Assembly: GCF_018350175.1 (NCBI RefSeq)
Contig: NC_058368.1
Location: 223,822,001-223,886,000, forward strand
Direction of reading: 5' to 3'
Origin: Felis catus
Lineage: Eukaryota
DNA length: 64,000 nt
The position numbers and the translations under genes are program-made. Positions 14,082-25,344 of this stretch are shown in pieces (the stretch's first letter is position 1; every line of letters starts with the position of its first letter). Under the pieces are notes generated by a model, which ran no database searches, was not told the origin of the DNA, and saw only the letters and a list, made by a program, of their open reading frames with translations.

Positions 14082-14110
14082 ACACACACACACTCACACA
14101 CACATACATG
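14030..14110. repeat. (CA)n microsatellite, interrupted
   Basis: Visible CA run with CT interruptions. Confidence 0.95.
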
Positions 14111-15166
14111 TGTATAATTAGGAGGGGCAAATGAGTTATTGAGTAGGTGACCCTATCTACTTATCCTAGTTGATAGACTATCTTTGGACTCTTTTTTTTT
14201 CCCCTAAAAGCCAGAATATTAACTTTGCCAACTACTCTGTGAATGAAAGATCCTTCATCAAGTATATGCTCTGTCCTCCAGGAAATACAAAGTGCAGTGC
14301 TGCCTGGTGACTCAGAAAGCACTTTAAATAGCTGAGGAAATGTAACGCTTTTACTGTCCTATTTAAATTATTCTTTCTACAGTTAAAATTGAGCTGTTAT
14401 TCTATCATAAAATATGTACCTATATACTCATTTACATTCATAGAGTCGTGGAGTTCTTAATCTTAGCTTCCCTGAAACAATTAATTCCATTCCAGTCATG
14501 CTCTGGGTATCGCTCCTTCCTGCCGTCCCTATCTGGCTCCACCTCTGCATTCTTTTCGAGTTCTTTCCTATTATTAAAGAGAATAGACATAACATGAATA
14601 TGCACTTACTGTGCTTATCTGAGGTAACAGTGCTTTGTCTCCATGAAGTGTTTCTTTTCCTAATTTGTAATGCAGTGTTTCTCCATTATGGTAATCCACT
14701 ATTTCAGTCATTAGTGGCGGTGGTTGACAGTCTACATTCTTGGAGAACTGTGTAGATGGATTATTGGCTCTGACCCAAGAAGGTTAAGTCACTTGACTAA
14801 ACACCACCGTTATCATTTGGCTGTCCAACACGTTGCCCTCTCACATCCATGCATGTATACCATTACCCCCGATTTGTTAGAAAACTTCTACCCTTCATTC
14901 AGGAAGACACTCTTCTAGTAAACTTTCAATCAAGGTGTCAGCAACATGGCTGCTATCACATTCCTCTGTGATCAATCAGGGATGAGCACATGATCAGGCA
15001 GCCCGAACAAACCCATCCTGGCAACTATTCTACTACAAAGAGAAGGGATAATTTTATTTTTGTTTTGATGTAATTTATTGGTATAATTCTACATCAGAGT
15101 AAGAGGTCTTTGTTTTCATACTTTTGTTTGTTTTTTTTTTTTTTTGAAAAATACCATAAAACACAC

Positions 15167-15596
15167 TGCTGGTTTGAAAGTTCCTAGGAAATTTCCCAGG
15201 TATAATATGAAACAGGCACTGTATTCAGAGGGCACGGAGAGACTGAAGAAAGAGGTAGGCTCCTACATGCGGGTAGGTAGCAGGTTTAGCCAGCAAGGCA
15301 ACTTACATATGTGACTTGTCTTGGGTGGCAGCAAGATGAGTGGATTTCTGCACCTGCCTTCCAAATCTTAAAAGTTTATATAGAAGTCTTAACTGGATTC
15401 AGTCACATATACTGTCCATATGGCCTTCCTGTCACATTACTCTCTCAAGGCCATGTCTGTGGAGCACTTTTCTGGGGGCAAGGAAGGCAAGCATAACTCA
15501 CATTCCAAGGATAAGGACAGGGGTGGGTGGTCCCCAGTTGCTCTGGGCCAGCTCCAGGGTCAAATGGCTGCCATTTCCCCTTAATCTTCTTCAACA
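15167..15596 (-). mobile_element. 3' LTR of the provirus (~430 bp)
   Basis: TG..CA termini; colinear with 21896-22323; preceded on the minus strand by a polypurine tract. Confidence 0.9.
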
Positions 15597-15616
15597 ATCC
15601 ACCTTCCCACTCCCTT
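15597..15616 (-). other. Polypurine tract (PPT)
   Basis: Minus strand AAGGGAGTGGGAAGGTGGAT lies immediately 5' of the LTR start TGTTGAAG. Confidence 0.8.
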
Positions 15617-15619
15617 GTG

Positions 15620-17250
15620 ACTGGCTCTTAAAATTCCACCAGCTCCCTTTTCTAAAATGCACCCTGAGTGGTCAGCAAGGGGTTTCCTTAGCGTGGAGGT
15701 AGCTATCTGGCTGCATTGGAGGCAGATGCTACAGCAGTTATACAGGCACATGCAAAAGAAAACACAGATTAAGACAATGATTTCCAAAAGTAGTGACAGC
15801 GTCTTCAGCCAAGATCCGGCATCTGAACCACTGATTTATTCTAGTTCCCTGGGCTGGGGATGGGATCAGTCATGGCATTCACCTGTGCCTTTATGTGATT
15901 TTAAAAAAATAATACAGGGGCGCCTGGGTGGCGCAGTTGGTTGAGCGTCCGACTTCAGCCAGGTCACGATCTCGCGGTCCGTGAGTTCGAGCCCCGCGTC
16001 AGGCTCTGGGCTGATGGCTCGGAGCCTGGAGCCTGTTTCTGATTCTGTGTCTCCCTCTCTCTCTGCCCCTCCCCCGTTCATGCTCTGTCTCTCTCTGTCC
16101 CAAAAATAAATAAACGTTGAAAAAAAATAAAAAAATAATACATTAACAGGCTCATCATGTATAAACACACAACATTCTGTTAGGATGATGGCATGGGTGT
16201 CGTTTTGTGAGCCCATCCTGTGTTGGAGGACAGCTTTTCTCATTAGAAACATTTCAGTGTTCAACAAGGACAGACTGTTGGCTATTACTCAAGGCTTGAT
16301 GAGTAAATTTGGTAAGGATTCCTGTCTGTGCTCTATCATCCTCTAAACAAATGGAGGAAACAAAGATGATGGCCAGATGATCATACCAGTGAAACACAGA
16401 ATGTGCCTACCTGGCTCTAAGGAGAAAGTTTGGCAGCTGTTCTTACTATGGGGCAAATTCACCTTTGTGCCTAGGAAAAAACCAGAGTGTGATGGACCAG
16501 CTGCCCAGGTGGAAGCCACATTTTGTGCCGCATAATAACTGGATTCCATTTAGTGCTACCTAACAAATACCTAGGCAGTGTAACCAGTCAGTGCCAAATC
16601 AGTCGCTCTCCCTTAATGTGACAGAATGATGCACAGTTTCAGTGGTACCTGGTATCCCATCCCATGTTTCTGGTACAGTTGGGCTGAATCTGTTGAGAGG
16701 GATTTTTCTGTTCCCAACATAGGAATACCCAGGTGCCCAAATATCCATGACATGGAATCAGCCATTCCCAAACATGAGTATAGCCACTCACGGCTCCAAG
16801 GGTGTATTTCCAGCACCTTTTTGACCACCAGTTTGGTGGACCGTCTTTATAGTTTGTCTGGCAGAAAAACAACACTCATGCCCAGTATTTTAATACTATG
16901 TCCTACAGGCTATGTTTCTAGATCATTACTGGTAATATCAGATGAACTAAGAGTACGAGTCCTGGTTTATTCTTTAATGTACTGCTTAAGGGCCTTCTGG
17001 TCCCTTAACTAGAGAGGCGGTGCCCACCGTGGCAATCCTGAGGAACTGTAGAGAAGCAACTGTTGCCCACATACCCAGCAGGTCGATAGATCTTTCTTGG
17101 GCATATGAGTGGACCCACTGTGAAAAGGTATTTCCATCAGGCGGTGGGACATCACAGGAACAGCCAAAGTCTAAGGCCAGAAAGACACATTTGATTGAAT
17201 CTTATATGGGAAACTCTTCCCCTTCTATAAGAATTACACTCATGGCCTGA
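15620..17250 (-). pseudogene. env: Decayed retroviral env (gamma-type SU/TM)
   Basis: NTFSQWVHSYA..LSTCWVCG (CxxC at 17069-17080); decayed cleavage-site region RAR*AHSVFHWYDHL (~16380-16418); LLNTEMFLMRKAVLQHRM..SQ..THAIILTECCVFI (ISD and CX6CC remnant, ~16150-16265); membrane anchor IIVLICVFFCMCLYNCC (~15725-15785). Confidence 0.85.
15917..16141 (+). mobile_element. Young feliform Can-SINE (SINEC_Fc) inserted in env
   Basis: CpG-rich, near-consensus body; TSD AAAAAAATAATACA. Confidence 0.97.
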
Positions 17251-17699
17251 TTTTTAGAGATAATGTGGCTGGCTGCAGCTTTAGGAATTTGACCCAGTTG
17301 TTCATACCAACAATGTTGGCCGGCGGGAGAGAGGCATGAAGAGATGGACTGGGGACAGGATATGCCAGACCAGTACCCCACCTTCTCCTCTCTTTTGATG
17401 GTGCATATTTTATTTCAAGTATAGTGTGTTTCAACAGGTCTGGCTTGCAGCAGGATAAAAACAAGTCATTGGGGACTGAGTAGTTCTCTCCAGGGGTTGA
17501 GAGTAACTCACCCAACCAGGCGGGACATCCCATTGCAAATGCCAGTGGACAACTCCTTTTCCAGGTGTGATGAGATTTGGTGCTCTTGGCAGCATAGCAG
17601 TGTGGATTCCTGGTGAGGATTGAGATGGTGGCTGTTCCCTGTGTCTCCCATACCTTTATGATGCTATGTGCTTCAAAGGGTCCCCAGTTTGGCATAGGG

Positions 17700-19791
17700 G
17701 GCAAAGAGGCCCTACTAGTTCATCATTCAAATGTAGTAAAGCCTAGGGCAGTACTTTTGTCCACCTGGCCAAGGTGGCTTTACCAGTTAATGATTTAATT
17801 TCCTTCTTGAATATTCCATTCTTCCTTTCTACCAGCCCTGCTGCTTGTGGGTTATACGAGAGATAGAACTGCCTCTATGTCATGCTGTTTTACCTAGTCT
17901 TGACCTTTGAAATGTGATTCCTAATCACTATTTATTTTACGAAGGTTATCCATATACAGTACTCAGTTTCTTTAATCCCCTAATGGTAGCAGGTAGTTTG
18001 CATAGTGGCAGGGGAAACCTCAGGGTAGGTCGGATGTAGTGTCCACACTGGCCGAGGAATATTCAGAAACCTGACTCAGAGGGAAGGGGCCGATATAATC
18101 ACTTTGCCAATACTTCACCTGCTGGGAACTCTGATGAACAGCCCCAGATTCTTTTGGCAATTGCCTCGGGCATTGTTTAGAATACACAGTACGTGCTCTT
18201 ACTGCACTAACCAAGTCACTGTACTTCAAGGGTGATCCAACATCATTGGCAATATGCCATCTCATGTGGGCACTGTGATGGCTACTCTTTCTATCCATCC
18301 AATCTGCTATATCTAGTTAAAGGTCAGTAGACAGAGCTTATACTTGAGCTAAGGATCAGCTTCCTAATATAAACAGGAGATGTCCAGTGCCTTATGAGCT
18401 GGGACATGAAAAACAATGAGGACTACCTTAGTCTCTTGCAGACGGACCCATATGTCTTTCCACATATCTTGCCCCAATGAATGATCATCCACTCCTCAGC
18501 TTTCTATTTTCTAAGCCTGATGGCTAATCCTTTTAGAACAGCCTAACTCTCGGTGTATAAGGTTAACAGCCAGGCATTATGAGTGATCACCGGCCAGACT
18601 GCTCTGAGCTCAGCCCGTTGGCTGCTGCACTGGCTGCTATATGAGAGGCTCTACATAAAGTACTGTGCGCACTGCTAGAAACTGTTGCTCTGTCAGGGCC
18701 TAGGGTTTCTGCTCCCTTCTGGATCTGAGACCAAAGTCCCAGGGCACTCTCCCCTTTCATTGTTTCTGCCACTGTGCCCAACCCATACTTTCTGGAGTCA
18801 CAGAAACATCTAACTCAAATGACATCCTTGACTAGGATGTGTCCAGAGCTTTAATCTATTTGGTTAATACTTTTCCCTTCTCTGAGCTGGTTTCCTGTGC
18901 TGATCCTCAGTCCTATATGTGCCCTTTCTTTGCAAGGTGGCATAGGGATGTGGGCACTATACCAGGTGGGCATTACAATTCTCCCAAGTTTGAAAATCCC
19001 TACAAAGGCTTGCACTTTTTTCACATTCTTAGGGGTTGGACTGGCTTGTACTTTATCAGTCACGGCTTCTGGGACAAACAAAACTTCCTGGTGGTGTCTG
19101 GGCCTTGAATTTTCTGTGGGCTCACTGACCATCCTCTCCTTTTCAGATGTTCCGGGAAAGCCTGAAAGGTATCCTGTGGCATCAGCCATTCTTTACATGT
19201 TAAACATTATATTGTCAGTGTAATGGGTCCACATTTTACTGATGTGGGGACAGAGAAGAGAGATAGGTGTCAGGCTGCCATCTCATGACATATGGTGGAG
19301 CTATGCAGGTAACCTTGGGGGAGCACTTGAAAGGCTCACTGTTGCTCTCCCATGTGAAGACAAATTGATCTTGTGACTCAGTGCATAATGGAAAAGACAT
19401 TTGTTGAGTCCAGCACAACATGGTTCACTCCTGGGACCATGGCCAACATAGCTAAGACAGTGGCAATGTCAGGCGAGGCCACATAGATGCGGGGGAGTGG
19501 AATTGCCTTGTTTAGTTCCTGGTAGTCCGCTGTCATCCACCATGAGCTTCCTGGGTCTTTTTAATCATCCAGACCAGGTTGTTGCAGTTCTTGGACAGTT
19601 CCCCTTGTCTCCTTATATGTCCCCCAGGCCCTTTATATTATTTGACAGGGTTACTGGGTTCCAGTTGGTTCTCCCCCTCAGCACTGGCTTCATTACTCTA
19701 ATCCACAGGTGGAATTCACCAACAGAGGTTTTTAAAGTTTGATCTTGTAGAATATCAATGTCCAATATGTTCTCTGTTACTGCAGAGATTT

Positions 19792-19835
<44 letters not shown>

Positions 19836-20085
19836 TACCAGGGAGGTATGCCCAATTTTCAGTGTCAAAAGGGCCTTGCTAGCCATAACTTTGTCTTCTT
19901 TCCACTGATGGCTCTGAGGGGGCCAGAAAATTTCTGAAGGTTATTCTGTATTAGAGTACATTCAGCCCCGGTCTCCACCAGTCCTATTACTTTTTATTTC
20001 TTGAGGACCATAAATAGTGACTTCACCATGAGGCCTCTGGTCACCTCCAATGGCCCTCACTTGTAGACAATCTTGGCCTGCATTC
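17700..20085 (-). pseudogene. pol: Decayed pro-pol (protease, RT, RNase H, integrase)
   Basis: GLVETGAECTLI (protease DTG-like site, 19964-19981); MTADYQELNK; SQDQFVFTWE; QGYLHS.TICH; HYTDNIM (YxDD-like, ~19205-19226); PTPKNVKKVQAFVG; integrase WQSDYIGPFP (ORF 18020..18298). Many stops and frameshifts. Confidence 0.9.
19794..19834. repeat. (CA)n microsatellite inside the proviral protease region
   Basis: Perfect CA run. Confidence 0.95.
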
Positions 20086-21860
20086 TATACCTTGGATGTG
20101 GGAGGCACCCATCCTGAGTAGGACTATGACCCTGGGGCTTCTGCTGGAGCAGGTGGGACTTCAGGGATGACAGGGGCAGGTGAGGATGATCAGACTATAT
20201 TTCAGGTATTAAGACTTTCTACAGGCCAACCAACATAGTGTTAGGTTTTCAGACTATCTGTTCAGAAATATTCCTCAGGAATGAGATCATGCCACATTTG
20301 TTTCTGGGTTATTCTGGCTGGACCCTTCATAGCCAATTGGGATAGTCCTTTGGATTTCTGAGCTTGCCCCTTTCTATAGCCTTTACCACAGCCCACATCT
20401 ATTCCCCCAGATCAGCAATCCCACAGTTGTTTTGTCCCATAACCAAGCTTAGCGTGGATATCAGTGTCTTACAGGAGGTGATGAGGGTAGACTGGAGAAT
20501 CTTGTCTCTCATTCTTGCAGGGAATGTGACTCAATCAGGGCCTTCAAAGGCAGGAGCTTAGACTGTCTTTCTCACTCCCAGCTCCCCAAGAATTTGCTAC
20601 ACTGACTCTATGAATTTATAGGGTCCAACTTGCCCAAGGTGATCCCCTTCATTGGGCCAAGGTTTCCTCCTGGAAAGAATGATCGGATCTATATGGGGAT
20701 AAGGACCTTGAAGTCACCAGGCACCATGCAGGTGCTGCCAGAGGGCAGAGTGTGTGGTGATGTTGCTCATTTTCTCTGCTTCCTGCTCAGTCAGAGAAAT
20801 ATTATCACCTCCCATATCCCATAGCAGCACCAATCACACTGTTAAAATTTCCCTGGCCTTTTACTGGGACGTGGCAGCTGTGTGAATAAGCTCAAGGGAG
20901 TATATTCCCTCATTCTGGATGTTTCCTGAACTGGGGGCTGTATTGCTAGCGGGGGTTGCCTTTGCTGGGCTTTTGCTTTCCTTTGTATCAGGGGTCTGGT
21001 AACATGGGGTGCTCTGCCAACTTCACTGTCAATCACCATAAGCCCCTCTGCTTCTTTCTCATCACTCTCCCCAGGATTCCACATCTTAGCATCTCAATCA
21101 AGCTTAGTCACAAGGGCCCAAGTCTCAGTCTGTGGCAGTTTGAACCCTTCTAGCTTGGCAAAATGGCACGCTAAGTTCTCTAACTTACTATCCTGCTCTC
21201 CCACCTTGTCTTCCAGCCCCAGAGTCATCAGGCCTGTGGACATTTTATGTTTTTGTTTTTGTTTTTTTTTCCTTTGCTAAACGTAACTCATTTTTAAACT
21301 TCTTTATATGAGCTTCAGCCTCCATTTGGGCATTGGTGGCCAGTCGAACCGCCCACAGTAGAAGACAGCCCAATCCATGGCCATGTGCTTTCATTCCCTG
21401 GCTCAGTGCACTTCTTCCAGCAAGTGAATTAGACCAGCTGGTGTTTCAGGCATCTTTGTACTTACTCTGAGATCCACACATATCTGATATACGGACCACC
21501 CCTCCCCACATAGAAGTTAATGGCTAGCTTGGTATTTGCCCCATGGATGGAGGAAACATCCTTCTCTAACTACAGTTTTTCTTCCAGATTTCTAACTCAA
21601 GCTTCAGCCTCTAGTTGGGCATAGGTGGGTGTTGACCTGCCCATTGTAGAGGTGAGCCCACTATGGCAGCCATGCATTTCTCTTCTTTGCTGCAGTGTGC
21701 TGTGTGTAGTTCTTCAACAATTGCATCAGACCAGCTGGTGTTTTCAGGGTGTTCCCATACTCATGTTGTGGTCCACAAATATCTGATGTAGGGGCCACCC
21801 TTTCCATGAGGAGTCCAATGGCCAATTCAGACTCTCCCCCACAGATGCCACATTCCGAAA
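20085..21860 (-). pseudogene. gag: Decayed gag region
   Basis: Lies between the PBS and protease and ends in a TAG just upstream of the pro leader GGDQRPHGEVTI. Only fragmentary reading frames remain, so the call is largely positional. Confidence 0.6.
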
Positions 21861-21875
21861 GCCCATTTCTTTGGT

Positions 21876-21893
21876 TTCCTGGCCAGCTTCCCA
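21876..21893 (-). other. Primer binding site, degenerate tRNA-Arg-like
   Basis: Minus strand after the LTR end CAACA reads TT-TGGGAAGCTGGCCAGGAA, a 13/18 match to TGGCGAGCCAGCCAGGAG (complement of the tRNA-Arg(ACG) 3' end, recalled). Confidence 0.6.
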
Positions 21894-21895
21894 AA

Positions 21896-22323
21896 TGTTG
21901 CTTTGCAAGTTCCTAGGGAACTTCCCAGGCATACTCGGAAACTGACCCTGTATCCAGAGGGCAGGGACAGGCTGAAGAAAGAGAAAGGCTACTCCAGATC
22001 GGTAGGTGGCAGGTTGAATAAGTAAGGAAACTTATAGGAGGCTTGCCTGGAGTAGCTGCAAGATGAGTACATTACTACCCTCACACCAGAATCTTAAAAA
22101 CGTTTGTAGAGGGACCTTAACTGGTTCAGGCACATATGCCATCCATATGTCTCAATGCTACTTCCCTATTTCAAGGCTATGTCCTTGAAGGAAATTCTGG
22201 GAGCAGAGAAGGCCAGCCGAACCCACATTCTAAGGACAGGGAGGGGGTGAAGAGCCTCTGATTGCCCAGGTCCAGCTAGCCAGTCAACTCGTGGTCATGT
22301 CCTCTCAATGACCTCCTCTAACA
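21896..22323 (-). mobile_element. 5' LTR of the provirus (~428 bp)
   Basis: TG..CA termini; colinear with 15167-15596; followed on the minus strand by the PBS. Confidence 0.9.
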
Positions 22324-23012
22324 ATATATTTTTATTTAACAGTGTACCTGTTATGCTTTGGAAGGCTACTTTGGCATAAGAAGGAGTATAGGTTATGATA
22401 CAATTATGAACATAAAAATTAATCCACATAGTTTGAAACAAAATATATCTCAAGGAGAGCATAGGAATGTATTCAATTAGAGACTTTTCTCATAAAAGGG
22501 TGAAACATTACTTAAAATTAAGATATGGATCATTCTTTCAATTAAAAAAAATAGAGAGGTAGTTGTAACAGTTTGATAAATTCACTGTTTTCCTAATAAC
22601 GTTTTCCTTGCAGCACATTACTTTCCAGGTATTTGAGATTTTGAATGAACACTAGATGTATTTAAGCCAATTGTTTCGGACTTGATTACACTGGCTAAAA
22701 TAAATGTTAACTGGAATAGATTACAAATATTATAGCGGCAACAACTTATCATCCTGGCGACTCATAAAAAATTTTTAATCCATATAATTCTTCTATAGCT
22801 AATAGGAGTAAGCTAAATTTAATTTAGACATCCTTTTTTCAAATATCTGATACAACTTATCATGTTAATATATGCTTATTATGCTAATATATGGGATATA
22901 AGGCCTAAGAAATATATTTAACTCAAGATCCCTTATGCAGCAATAACGTGCAATGAGGGAGGAACGACACAGCCATTAAAAATAGGAAGCGTGCATATCC
23001 CTAACAGCCTCG

Positions 23013-23600
23013 TGTGAAACGAGTTTGTCTACGAGTCCCTAAGCTGCTTACTGTGTTCTCATGGCCTGCATTCTGGCTTCCATATACTTTCTTCCTAAAG
23101 CCACCTGTGGATGACCCCTCACGCACAGCCCCCCGCATATACCCATCAAGCCACCTGCTGCCAGTGGCAGGGACCCTTCCCATAACACACAGGCTCTGGG
23201 CCCCACCATCTTCTCTGCTGTACTTTACTTTCTCTTTTTCACAACAGCCCTTTCTTCCCTGAAGACCCAGCCCTCTCCACAGAAGAGACCCTGGCCTAAT
23301 TTCCGTCACCCCAAGCTTTCACGCTTCTAGCCAGAGTCTTCTCAGATCTGCATTGAAGGGAAATGGAATCTTGTCTCCTTGGAAACCGCTGGATGGCAGT
23401 CCCTGACAGCTGTTCATCGTTTTCCCAAGGTGCCTGGACTGTGTGTAGGGTCACTCAAATGAGGGGGTGACCCGGGGGTGTGGATTGTCAGGTTTGGCCC
23501 AGATGACAAGCGCGTTCTCCGTCTTCTGTGGTTAAGGGCCTCAGAGGCCGACTGACAGACACAGCCTTGCCCAGAAACGTGGGCTGTTTCTCTGCCGATG
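23013..23600 (+). mobile_element. Probable old ERV-L-type LTR (MER54/MER74-like)
   Basis: GC-richer island starting TGTGAAAC..CATGGCCTGCATTCT..CTTTCTTCCT..GACCCCTC, similar to recalled LTR consensus; 3' end uncertain. Confidence 0.4.
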
Positions 23601-23804
23601 CTACCACTCCTGAGAGGGAAAATGAAACTGAACAAGAGTGGTCAAGAGGCTTCAAGTGCACAGTGTGACAAAGCATGGGTTGTATATGAGCAGATCATTC
23701 GGAAATCGAACAGTCAACACTTTGAAGGAAGGAGAGAAGAAACAGAAAGAAACAGAAGAAATCACATCATAATTATGAAATGGACTGCAGTTGTTGGAAA
23801 AGTT

Positions 23805-24020
23805 TTATTTTATCTTATCTTTATTTTTTTAAGTTTATTTATTTTGAGAGAGACAGAGACAGCATGAGTGGGGGAGGGGCAAAAAGGGAAGAAAAGAACA
23901 TCTCAAGCAGTGTCCTTGCTGCCAGCACAGACCCGATGCAGGGCTCGAACCCACGGACCGCAAGATCATGACATGAGCTGAAGCAGGACACTTTACTGAC
24001 CTGAACCATCCAGGAGCACC
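23805..24020 (-). mobile_element. Can-SINE
   Basis: Antisense SINEC body with T-rich tail. Confidence 0.92.
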
Positions 24021-24030
24021 ACATGGCCAC

Positions 24031-24069
24031 GGGGCTCCTGGGTGGCTCAATCGATTAAGCATCTGACTT
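24031..24069 (+). mobile_element. Can-SINE 5' head fragment only
   Basis: GGGGCTCCTGGGTGGCTCAATCGATTAAGCATCTGACTT followed by an A run. Confidence 0.85.
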
Positions 24070-24081
24070 AAAAAAAAAAAA

Positions 24082-24296
24082 AATGTTTTAATGTTTATTT
24101 ATTTTTTGAGAGAGAGACACACACACAAGAGTGCAAGTGGCGGAGGTCAGAGAGAGAGGGAGACATAGAATCTGAAGCAGGTTCCAGGCTCTGAGCTGTC
24201 AGCACAGTGCCCAATGTGGGGCTCAAAATCGCTAACCATGAGATCAAACCTGAGCCAAAGTTAGATGCTCAACTGGCTGAGCCACCCAGGCGCCCC
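24082..24296 (-). mobile_element. Can-SINE (SINEC_Fc type)
   Basis: Antisense SINEC body ending GCCACCCAGGCGCCCC. Confidence 0.94.
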
Positions 24297-25344
24297 CCAC
24301 ACCCCCAAATTTTATTTTACTATGTGATAATAACACTCAGGGGAGAGGATCCAGGTTTTTCTGTCCAATCTGCCATGGTTGCTCTTTCAACTCCTGTTAC
24401 CTCTGTTCTTACCTACGTTCCCACCTTTTTCCCTTCCCTCGCCATTTCCATGAGACTCCGTGAATACTCTCACTGGTGCTTTCTCTACACGAAGTGGTTA
24501 TTCTTCTAATATGAATGTGCTTTTGTTCTTTGTATTAACATGTCACACAGACATATGTGTGGCAGCAGTCTGTTTTTTAGATTATAGCTGAGACGTATGT
24601 GGGTTATTAGCTAGAAGGTTGACAGGGCAAGTTACTTGACTAAACAACATCATGGCACTGTGCCATAAAAGCCTATACTTAGATTGCTTTTATAGCAACG
24701 AGTATTTAATGGAAATAAAAGACTGAAAATAATATTCTGATACCACCACACGAATTTACATTTAATTAGAAAAACCTTACACTGAAAAATATTCCGATTC
24801 CAACCCATGTAGTGTTTGAAGCGGGGTGAATGATAAATGTCCCCACTCTACCCTCATTATAAACCAGTTCGAGGCAGATTTTTCTCATAGTGGTGATAGA
24901 GGGAGAGACATTCTCTCCTTTGTTTGACTTACATAGAATAGTTATGTGCTAAAAGACCAAATTAGGTCTGGTGAGAGCTTCTTAATAATAAACAATTTTT
25001 GAAATTTTAATGGTAAGATATAAATCATGGTTAACAGGATTTTGAAGAGAACAGATTACTTCTAACAGTTAATCATATAATGTTTTGCCTCAAAAGCAGG
25101 GTGGATTATTTTACTTTATGAGCAAATGCATCAAGGAAGGTGCAGGTGCTAAGGCTGCTCCTTCCCCAGGCATTTCTCTTCTGTCTGGAGCTTTATGCTG
25201 ATTAAATTTAAGTATGTCCTCTCCCACCAGTGGTAAGATCTGCTCCTGTCTTTAGTCTTCAGAATTTGGAGAGGATTTAACTCTTGTCTAAGATTATCCA
25301 CATACAAAATAAGGTTTGTAATTAGTAGTTTGGATGGACTATTC

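Larger units (their letters stand above)
15167..22323 (-). mobile_element. Decayed full-length endogenous retrovirus, class III (ERV-L/HERV-S-like) backbone with env
   Basis: Paired homologous LTRs, PBS, PPT, and protease, RT, RNase H, integrase and env motifs in the correct order on the minus strand. Confidence 0.92.

Noticed and set aside
15866..16267. 133-aa minus-strand ORF as a novel gene
   Set aside because: It is a chance fusion of the decayed env TM frame with an antisense SINE and has no true ATG start.
17240..17704. 154-aa ORF, the longest in the window
   Set aside because: It lies inside the decayed provirus between integrase and env, has a non-ATG start, and carries no recognisable intact domain.
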